Positions 43,911 through 54,600 of a stretch of 64,000 nt of DNA are shown here, piece by piece. The translations under genes were made by a program, and so were the position numbers. The notes under the pieces are model-generated. The model was not told where the DNA came from. It saw only the letters and a program-made list of their open reading frames with translations, and ran no database searches. Each line of letters starts with the position of its first letter. The first letter of the stretch is position 1. The DNA comes from the human T2T-CHM13v2.0 reference genome, Homo sapiens. The stretch lies in the NCBI RefSeq assembly GCF_009914755.1, contig NC_060935.1; one strand, given 5' to 3'.

Positions 43911-45004
43911 TTTTTACAATAGGTAGATTCTTCACATGCAGTTTTAATTGAATCATAAACCCATGAAAAGGTGGTTATCACCATTTTTAATACATGAGAG
44001 CACTAATAATCAAAGAGGTGCAGTCATTTGCTCAAGGTCACCCAACCAGTCTTGAAGCCAGGTCTACAGTCTTTCACTGCCTTACTGTTCTTGGGTGGTG
44101 TGCCAATAAGAGGATTCACAAAATGGGTAAAGGACAGAAGTCAACGAAGATGACAAAGAACTTTTACAGGAATCTTGGGGAAAAAAATATATAGGAAAGT
44201 CAGTCCTATGCCAGGATAATGTCCAAATAGGAAAGGAACAAGAAAAAGACTTATTTTTCTCAATCTTCTTAAACTTTCCCAAGCACTGTCCCTCCTTCAA
44301 CTCCCCTAACCCCAATATACTTTTTTTCCTTTCCACAGAAAATACATTTTTACCCCTCCCATGCTAGGGAATCACCAAAATGTCTGTCAAATCACATAGA
44401 TCTGCACTGCTAACAAGCACAGGAATACCACGGACCTCAATACCTCTAACAGTACTTGTTTTGTCATTTCTTGCTGCAAACCCTGGTGAAAAGTTACCAG
44501 CCCTTCTGATAGTAGGAACTTTCTCCAAGACTAGCTTGTGAGGAACAGTGAATGGTATGATAGGGAAAATCAATCAATTGTTTGTAAATCAGTGTGACCT
44601 AATGTAACAAGTAGGTGTGGAAGAGAAGAAAAGTATTTTGTGAGTTATATGTATTTTTTGTTTTATCAAGTTTGTTGGGTGAATAGTTTGCATTCATTTT
44701 GCCTCCTCTGTAGCTTAGACAACTATAAAGACAACCAAAGCTATCCTCCAAAAGCATTTCATTCATTCCCCTTACCCTCTACTTCTCCTTTTTAAAAAAT
44801 ATATTACCATTTTAAATAACCTCTCATAGCTCCTTCAAAAGATTGAGTGGTGTTAACTCTGCTGAATCCATGTGTTTATCAGAACTTACATATTTTGAAT
44901 AAAAAAGAACACTATTTCTACCCGGTGTTGATAGGCTGGCCTTGGGCACTAAAAACCACTCCTTATTAGACATCATCATATATATCTACAATGGTGGGAG
45001 GTGG

Positions 45005-45388
45005 TATAACAAGCCCTTAGCTTGGGCTGCCATAACAAAATACCAGGTATTAGGTGGCTTAAACAAAAGAAATTTATTTTATCACAGTTCTGGAGACTGG
45101 GAAGTATAAGATCAAGGTTCTATCAGGGTATGGTTTCCAGTGAGCTCTCTTTCCCTGGTTTGCAGACAGCTGCCTTTTCTCTGTGTCCTCACACAGTGGA
45201 GACAAAGATGAAGAAATCTGTCTCTTCCGCTTCTTACAATGCCACCAAGCCTATCAGATTCAGACCCCACCATTATGGCCTCATTTAACCTTAATTACCA
45301 CCTAGAAGTCCTATCTCCAAATACAGTCACACTGAGGACAAGAGCTTCAACATATGAATTTGGGGAGGTCACAATTCAGTCTGTAGCA
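45005..45388 (-). mobile_element. Solo MLT1A-type LTR
   Basis: gggctgccataacaaaatacca...cacagttctggag...acaattcagtctgtagca; 5-bp TSD ggtgg at 45000-45004 and 45389-45393. Confidence 0.88.
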
Positions 45389-46777
45389 GGTGGGATGGAG
45401 ATTCTCTAAATAACTGGAATTTTAGGATTGAGAGTGTTCAAACAATAAACATTTCATCCTCAACTATAAGCTTGTAATGATATGGCATGTGGGATAAGGC
45501 AGCTGGAAAATTTTAGTTTGATGTCATTGTTGGTGGCTGAAGAAGACTCTGGCTTTATGCTAGTTACTGTTTGTTTTACTTCAGTGTTAGTGGCATGGAG
45601 GGTGAGAAAGGAAGAGAACCAAAGCCTCAAACGCAATGCTATAAAATGCCTCATAATTCCTCTTTCTCCAAAGAAAAAAGGCATTTGAAAAAGAAGAGCC
45701 CCTGAGCATTTTTCATCTTGCTCTCACTTTGAAGGTGGACAGAGTCTCCTTTACATTCTTCTTACTAATGGTCAAGGAAGTTCCAGACCTTTTGTGTATA
45801 GTCATTTGGCATAAATGTTCTGTTTCATCTAGTGCTAGGCGTTTTGCTAGGTGCTGAGAATACAAAGACAAATGAGTACAAATCTTTCCCTTTAAGGATT
45901 CTGCAGTCTTATAGAAAATCAGAATTAGAATCAAAAAATGTTTGAGTGGGGAGGAATCTGCTTGCAGATGAACTCAGGCCCATGAAAGCTTGGACACTTA
46001 ACCAAGGTGGCACAGGTTGTGGGGCAGAGCCAGTTAACACCCAGGCCTACTGACCTCTAATCTGGTCTTAATTCCTATACTTAATACAGCTGAGAGTGTC
46101 CCATCCAAGTGAATCATCCAACCAGGGTTCATTTAGGACCTTATAGATGCTAGGTGTCCAGACCAAATAGGACAGAATTTATAATGGTTTAATAATTAAA
46201 GATTTAATAAGATATTTGAGGAAATAAGACTACCTCAGATATAAGCAAATACTACGAGGCATTTTTTAAAGCGGGATGGCTTCTCTAATAGCCTCATTCC
46301 TGCAATACATGTGCAAATAAAACATGCAGATTATCTGATTATCAAATTTATCTTTACAATGATAATCATGCTTAAATTAATCTTGCTGTGTTGGAGAATG
46401 TCTCCTTTCATCTTCATTTTCCAACGTAATATCACTCAACAATATCAGGTAGAGGAATATCATTCTAAAGTTATATTAAGAAAAAAATGCAATTAAAGTT
46501 TTGTAAACTAGACTGAAACAAGGCTATCTGGATACCTGGTTTCTGAAGGACCATAACTGAGAAGTCAGGTCTCATTTCCAGCTTATCTCTTCTCCATATC
46601 AGAGGTCCATCCAACTGAAGGTAGGTTTAAAGAAGAACATAAAATATGAGTTGGGGCTAGGGTCACAGGCTGTAGATTCAGTAAACCTGTTCCTGAATGC
46701 TGGCTCCACCACTTGTGACCTATGGCAAAATCCCATAACATCTTATACCTTAGTTCATCTATGAAATGCAGCTAATA

Positions 46778-47092
46778 GCCAGGCACAGTGGTTCACACCT
46801 GTAATCCCAGTACTTTGGGAGTCCAAGGCAGGTAGATCACAAGGTCAGGAGATCGAGACCATCCTGGCCAACATGGTGAAACCCCATCTCTACTAGAAAT
46901 ACAAAAAAAATTAGCTGAGCTTGGTGGTGGGTGCCTGTAATCCCAGCTACTCAGGAGGCTGAGGCAGTAGAATTGCTTGAACCAGGGAGTCGGAGGTTGT
47001 AGTGAGCCGAGATCGTGCCACTTCACTCCAGCCTGGCAACAGAGGGAGACTCCATCTCAAAAAAAAAAAAGAAAAGAAAAAAAAAAGAGAAG
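46778..47092 (+). mobile_element. AluSc-like, inserted in a MIR
   Basis: gagatcgagaccatcctggccaac, cctggcaacagag; TSD gaaatgcagctaata at 46763-46777 and 47093-47107. Confidence 0.95.
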
Positions 47093-48412
47093 GAAATGCA
47101 GCTAATAAGAGTACCTCAGAAGGCTGTAGTAAGAATTAAATGAGATGGTATGTGTAAAATACATGTAATAATGCTCGAGTAAACTGCTTAATAGTCATTC
47201 CTACAACTAGTCACAATTTTACAGTGGTTTTGTGACCAACTATCTTGCCCTCCAGCCTACTCCTGCCTTCCTTCACTTTGGCCATTTCTCTGATCCTGCC
47301 CTTTGTCTACTTTCCCTGACCTTATAACAGTTGTGCTTTTTGCTCTGCCAGGGTGGGCAGCAGTTCTGGGACCTCAGAACAGGTGCTACTGTCCATTTTG
47401 CTGCTTGATTCACCTTCCAGGTGACAGAGGAGAACTGCAGCAGGGCTGCGTTCAGCATGGACAAACACCTGTCCTCTCTGTCACCACAGCTAGGCAGACA
47501 CTGGCGCTGAGTCATGCTGCTGCTCACAACTGAGGAGCTTTGAGAGACTCACAAGCCTCTAAGAAAGGGATCTAAGAGGACAATCTGTTCATCCTTCTCT
47601 CCAGGTCAGACCACTCTTCAATCTACTATGAGGCAAAAATAGAAATAAAATGATCACTGAGGACTGGTGAATCTTCAATATCAGGACACTACTTATGCCT
47701 GAGATAAATTTCAGATTTTGCATTTAATTTTTAAAATTTATTTTTCACAGGAAAAATAAACTTAGTATCTAACTCATCATAAACCTACATGATTTTATAA
47801 ACATAGTATAATATGTATTACACATAACATATATATACACACACAATATATAGTATACGCAAACATACAGAAGCAGAGTATTATCTACCAGTGAGGAGAT
47901 CAAGGTCTAGAATCATACAGGATGTCTAATCATAGTCACCTACTGGTGATATGTTTTCTCTCTAAAAACTAGTAGTAATAATCTCACTGGGTCTTTATAT
48001 TCACAGTTCTCAGCTCATAGAACAAATTCAATAAATATTAACCATTGTTGTTTAGACATATAAATATATAGTGGGAGTCTGGAAGGCTTCTTAAGTTTTC
48101 TCTTCTGCAATCTAAATGGTTCCAGTTTGATTATATCTTTTAATTCATTTCATAATGTTAATTTTCATTTTTTTCCTTTATCATTTACCTTCCTAAATTC
48201 AGAATAGGACACATAATATTTGTTGAGTCTGACTGGCACAAGTCAAAATATATGATATATCTCAGTGTTCCATATAATACTCTGTATGAAAACTATTATT
48301 AATATTACCAGATAAATAAAAATAATTTGATAGCAAGTATAATATTTTAAACACTTTATTTATATTAACTCATTTTATCCTCAAAGTAAATCATTCATTC
48401 TTCACCATTATG

Positions 48413-48586
48413 TCATATATTATTAATTCTAAGAATAAATATTTTTCACTTTTTAACACCTGTGAAATCAAGATGCATCTTGCAATTCATGATGTGTTAT
48501 GGTTTCATTGGCAATCTTTTTTTTAGTAATAGATGAAATAATGACACATCTCAAAATTGATGACAACTTCAAATCAATTAAATATC
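48413..48586. mobile_element. MER104-like TcMar DNA transposon relic
   Basis: ttttaacacctgtgaaatcaagatgcatcttgcaat...attggcaatc...aaataatgacacatct resembles the MER104 consensus as I recall it. Confidence 0.6.
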
Positions 48587-49365
48587 ATACGAAAGACAAC
48601 TATGTGTCAAGCATTCTTTTAGACCCTAGAAATATGTTGAATAAGATTGAGAAATCATTCATTTCAAATCTACTGAGGATTGTAGAAAAATGAAGATAAT
48701 TACAACAAATGCACAAGTTGCTGTGGGAGCTGATGATAGATCCATCCTGGGCTTTAGAGGCCAAGAAAAGTTTCCTAGTGATGGTGATGTCACCTAAGGC
48801 TAGAGTGGAATAAGTGATGGATACAGCCAGGCTGTGATTAGCTGGTTAGCCAAACAGATTAAGCAAAATCCTGGAAGCTAGAGAGAGCATGGGCCATTTA
48901 GGGATTTGAAAGTAGTTCAGAATTCTGGATTTAAAGTGCTGATAGAAGAGGTACAAGGTATGATGACAGAGAGGAAAGCAGAGGCCATATCATGATGGGT
49001 TTTGTAGATTATATTAATGGTTTGAACACTGTCTTGAGGACATTGGAGATCTACTGAAGCATAAATGTTACTTCTATTTGACAGATGAGAAAACTGAGGC
49101 CAGAGAAACCAAGTGACTGACTTCAGGCTGGATAGCAAAGAGCAAGGCTAATTTAATCCCCTCCCTCTAAATCCTTGCCTGAAACCTGGTGCCCCTTATA
49201 TTCTACTAAGATCACCAGGACATAATTCTCTTTCCTTGGTCCTACTGCCAGCAAATGTATTACTAGTTTATCCTCCATTTTAGTTTTTGTTGAATTAATG
49301 TGTTTGGTTTAGACAAGGGGGAGAGTAGAACTAGTGTGCTGGTTTTTAAAAAGTTTTCCAAGGTG

Positions 49366-49654
49366 GGCCAGGCATGGGGGCTCACACCTATAATCCCAGC
49401 ACTATGGGAGGCTGAAATGGATTGCTTGAGTCCAGGAGTTCGAGACCAGCCTGGGCAACATGGTGAAAGCCCATCTCTACTAAAAACGCAAAAAATTAGT
49501 CAGCTGTGGTGGCACATGTCTGCAGTCCCAGCTACTCAGGAAGCTGAGACACGAGAATTGCTTGAACCCAAGAGGCAGAGGTTTCAGTGAGCTGAGATCA
49601 CATCACTGTACTCTAGTCTGGGCCACAGAGTGAGGCCCTGTCAAAAAAATTCAA
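49366..49654 (+). mobile_element. Alu (J/early S)
   Basis: Full dimer; 18-bp TSD aaaaagttttccaaggtg at 49348-49365 and 49655-49672. Confidence 0.95.
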
Positions 49655-50436
49655 AAAAAGTTTTCCAAGGTGAGTATGGCCTAATGTCAGGATATGTGGG
49701 GTTGGTTACATCACTCATAGGTTATAAACTGCCAAGCTCATCTACAGGTGTGTCTGTTAGATTATGAATATTGATACTAGTCTTTCCTAAATGCATCATG
49801 AAAGTACTTTTCATAATGTGCACTAAAAAGATAAATATAAAAATTAAAACAAAACAAATGAAATAAGCAATATATTGCTGACGGGGAAGTGAAGGTTCAC
49901 AAGTTTTGGTATTTTAATACTCTTGTATATTACTACGTAACCAGAAATTGCACTTTCAATTTATCTTAAAGATTCTTCAACTGGCCTTTTAGAGTAAGAC
50001 AATCTGGAGATTGTCTAATTAAGAGATTTAAGTTGAAACGTGACAACAGGCATACAAGTAAGATACTAACTTCTGAATTACTTACACAGGGTCAAAACAA
50101 AGAAGAAAGGAATAATTATTTGAATGGAGGTATTCTATCCCAGCCAGGCAATCTGGATTTCACATTATCACTTTTAAAATAATTTTATTCAGAGAATTTG
50201 TTGGTACAAATGAACTTTTAAATGAAAGAATAACAAAGAATCTCTTATGTAGCTTATTTAGAAAAATGTCAATGTGAATCACCTAACATCTTTGACTTTT
50301 TTCAAAAAGAGAGCACATGTACAATTGCCAGGCATTTAGGTCCTTTTTGATTAAAGACATTTTTGGATTCTATAGGAATAAGCAATGAGTACAAATGCCA
50401 ACGTTAAGGTTAAAATGATATGACAATTAAAAGCTA

Positions 50437-50755
<319 letters not shown>

Positions 50756-53700
50756 AGAATAATAGGTGACAAAACAAGTTTGCTACACTTAACCAATGAT
50801 AGAGGACAAAGAATGTAAAATCTTTAACAACATGAAAGAAAACTGTTTATTCAATATAGTTTATGTATAGTCTTATCTGAAATAAAGAGGTTGAGTTACA
50901 CAATCAGTAACTTTGATTCTGTAAACATTATCACTTTGAAATTCTAATATAAAAGAGAGGGACAAGATAAGAAAAGATGAGTAACCTTATTCAGACAAGA
51001 CAGATTAGTGGATCTAGAAGAATGATGAGTGGAAGGAAGAAGGCGCTAGAGACACAAGGAGTCAGTTTTGGAATACCTTGGGCTGACTTGGTGCAAATCC
51101 CAACACTGAGACTTACCACTAATCCTGTGACCTTGGGCTAGCTACTCTTCTCTCTAGGATTCAGGAAAAATAATTTCTATTTAATAGGGCTGTTGTGATA
51201 ATTAGATTAAATTTTATGTATAAAGAAGCTAATGTATAAGCTGTATGGAGATTACTATCATTAATATTATTATTGTTGTGAGCATTATGATGGTCATTTT
51301 GTGATGCTACTGAGTTCTAGTGACATTAGCTGAGGCAAAACAGTAGACAAGACAACTAGTAATAAGTCACACTGAGTGTTTAGGATGGCATTTAGTCTTG
51401 CATGTTCCTAATTATTAAGAGCTTTTCAATTAACCCCAACCTTGAGGAAAATACTTTTCAGTGTTAAAATAGAAGTGAAGGGCTATGGTGAGTTCAGGTT
51501 GTTTTATTAGAGTGTGAAGAAATAAACTGTCACCTACTGAAAAAAAAAAAAAAAAAAAGAAAAGCCCAGAATTTATAGAGGGTACTAAAAATCACAATCA
51601 TTGTCCATTGTAAAGATATATCTCCCCAAATGCTAAAATATGATCTTTCACAATTAAGTATACTGGTCATTTTCTAAACAAAATTCAATAATAATCTTAT
51701 TTTATACATCTTCTTCCATCTGTTGATAAACCATGGCAACATATCGTTAGTAGCACTTTACATGCCCCACTGTTTTGCAACTATATGATCTTTGATATTA
51801 TAGGAATACATTATGTAAATTAATTCAGCTTGTTGTATTATTTGTTAACTGTCTTCTCAGCTAAAGTACATACTGAACCCTTAGAAAAAAATTAATTTAA
51901 AATTATAGTTTTAAATAAGCTATGTTATAAAATTAGGTATACAAAATAAATGAACTATTTCCATTCACCAGGCATCGACTGAGTGCCTACATTTTTTGAG
52001 GCAACACACCTTTTAATTTATTTCAGGAACTCTGTGAATACAAATTCCATTAAAAAATACCAAGATGTTATTTCATGTTGCTTATCATGACCTAATGTTC
52101 AAAATTAACTCCTCCTAGCTCTCTTCCTAGCACAAAGGCAGTAGAGTTGTTATTTCCTTTGGTCTTTGTCACTCAGAGAGCAAACCTTCAGTTCTCTAAT
52201 GTAGATTTCCTGATGTAAATGTATCTTACTCTCTGAGTAAGGTAATTAAATAATTTGAACCCTTAAAATCAAACTTGGTTTCTTCTGGCTTGTTTTAAAC
52301 ATTAGCCATCACAGAAATGGATGGGACAGATTGAAAGCCCCTTACTAGCTCCTTAAGAAGCAGAAGCTCAGATTACTTTGTTGTATCAATGTCTTTTTAG
52401 GTTCTATACACTGAATTTTATAGAGCTGCTATTTCCTACATTTGGGTCCAGGCTTGAAATAAGTGCTTCTGGGAGATTCAACTTTCTTTGCATACTAATT
52501 TGGCATAAGACATTATCTCCCAGTGGCTGTCAGAGCCATTTATGGTCTCTGACAGTTCTCTCATCCATACAACTTATAATTTTTATAGGAAGAAAGGACT
52601 TTTCTAAAACATTTGTTCCAATAAAAGACCCACTTACAAGTCTCTTTCCTGCAAAATTACTTGAAAGTCAAAACAAAACACAACCTCAAAAGCCAACTGT
52701 TCAATATATATGATACTAGTTGACACATAATAGTTAGGCTTGTAATCTTTTTATCTGGGCTATATAGAGTGGAGAAGAGACCAATTCCAGCCCAATCCTC
52801 CCCTCCCTCATCCACCAAAAGTGTTATTAAATAACAAGTCAGTTACGTTCTAAAATTGTCAGATCTGGACATTATAAGAGGCTCTAAAGTCAGAACCCCA
52901 GTGATATTTTCTCTTCTAAAGCTAAAAAAATTCGTATCTTGGTTCATCACTGGATTCTTGTTCATTTTATCATTTCCACTCTGAAGGAATGAATAGCAAG
53001 TTATAGTGAAGGCATCTTTCTAGGTGAGAGAAAACACTGTGCCACAGGCCAGGAGAGCCATCTCTGGGTCAATCTCATGAGTTTACATAAAGCAGTAAAG
53101 ATACTGGGCTGAAGATCATATCCTCAGAGGAATATGAAAAATCTGTTTCACAAGATTTTGTTACCTTTGGAAGTTTCCCCAATGCCTACCGCATTGGATA
53201 TTGATTCCCTAAATATGACAGTTTGGACAGTGCCCCAGAAAGCACTGGAGAATTAGAGATGTAAGCTATCATCTTCTGTTATCTCCAAGCATGTAATATA
53301 CCTTAGGACTTACAGGCCATTTTAATTTCTCAGGGAAATATAACTAATTAGGTAAGTCTACACAGAGATTCTCTGGAAATGACTGGTCATGCTGAATACA
53401 AGAAATGCAAATCTATTCTTTAAATGGCCACAACTACCTGATTATAAATATAATTCTTGCTCATTGTGAACACTTTTGAAACGATGGCTTAGTGATAAGA
53501 TACCAAGCACCCCTGTAGAGTCTGGTCAACGTTACTGAGAGTCCCAGATATATGTTCCTAGGACACACACTGTAACACATGTACTAGAGAAAGGCTCAGG
53601 TATTTATAACGCCCACTTCAGAACCAAAGATCACAATAATAAAAATAATGCAGTACAGCAACAAGTTTACTAGAGAGCTCTCTGAACAAGCATAAACTGC

Positions 53701-54008
53701 AGCTGCTCAATTGCTTTCATCCTATGTAATTTAAAGGAATCTTAAGTCTCTGTGAAGACACTGTATCAGTTGATGATTTCACCACGCATTTTGAATAGCC
53801 AATGATCTTGCTTAACCCTTAATGCTCCCCTCCCAAGCAAGCTAGGCTCTAAGTGTTACCCCTTTTCATAGTGGCAAGGACCACATTCACAGTGAGAGGC
53901 AGGTTCTCACTCCAAGCAAATAAAGACTGCGTCTGTACTCAGACCAATGGTCCAGAGCAGGCAGTTGGCAAACCGGAAAGGTAATTTTCAACCCCACTCA
54001 TTCCATAC

Positions 54009-54086
54009 CTTCTCTGATTTCGCCTTCCTGGCATTGTGCACGAACCTGCGACCCAGCTTCTTAGCATACCAGATAGAGGCAAACAT
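54009..54086 (-). CDS. DLG2: Coding part of an alternative first exon of DLG2 (PSD-93/chapsyn-110), N-terminal peptide MFASIWYAKKLGRRFVHNARKAKSEK
   Basis: The minus strand reads ATG TTT GCC TCT ATC TGG TAT GCT AAG AAG CTG GGT CGC AGG TTC GTG CAC AAT GCC AGG AAG GCG AAA TCA GAG AAG (26 codons, G at -3), then a phase-0 donor AAG|GTATGG at 54008. Peptide recognised from memory as an alternative PSD-93 N-terminus (epsilon-type). I saw no other DLG2 exon in the window, which fits the very long introns of DLG2. Confidence 0.8.
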
Positions 54087-54600
54087 AGCGATGCCAATGG
54101 AAGGAATTCACAATGAAGCTGCCGCACAATCAACTTCCCACCTCGGCTCAGAGACGAACAGAATCAGGCTGGAGCTGTCACTTGCAGGCTGTTGCTTTCT
54201 CAGTTCCTCTCATGCTGGTTAGCTGAGGGAGAGGGTGGGAGGAGGGAGGGGTTGGGGGAGAAAAGGCAGTCCTGTTTGGCCAGTCTGCAGGTATATTTAC
54301 ATCCTGCCAGCAGGAGGTCCGGGTGAGGCAGGCGCTGCCTTTGTAGCCAGCTCACACACATCCAGTTGGCTAAGTATTTGTCTGCAGTTCTTCGGCACCG
54401 GCACCGTCGCCACCAAACTCCATGTGTGTCAGGAGGAAGGGAAGCTGCAGTCAAGTCCGGAGGCAGCTCACCTCCCTCTCTAGGCTTGGGCAGTTACAAT
54501 CCTCGCTTTGGCTTCCCTCTATCTTGACAGTACGTGCTGGCGGCAGTGGCCACATAAAGACAGATCCACATACAGCCTCGCAGGTAAATCAGCCAATACA
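54087..54600 (-). promoter_or_regulatory. DLG2: Alternative promoter / 5'UTR of the DLG2 first exon
   Basis: Repeat-free, GC-richer stretch with about 18 CpGs in 54020-54580 against a strongly CpG-depleted background. It has a TATA-like TAAATATA (minus, ~54292-54299), a CCAAT at ~54593 and a purine/pyrimidine tract at 54227-54265. The exact TSS cannot be determined from sequence. Confidence 0.65.
54178..54213 (-). other. Upstream ORF MRGTEKATACK* in the putative 5'UTR
   Basis: ATG at 54213 with A at -3 (accagcATGa); TGA at 54180-54178; ends 91 nt before the main ATG. Confidence 0.5.

Noticed and set aside
47451-47469. REST/RE1-like ttcagcatggacaaacacc
   Set aside because: Half-site spacing is 3 nt short of the canonical TTCAGCACCnnGGACAG, and the right half is degenerate.
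53939-54133. 64-aa minus-strand ORF overlapping the real exon
   Set aside because: Different frame from the MFASIWY peptide, non-ATG start, and it reads through the splice donor.
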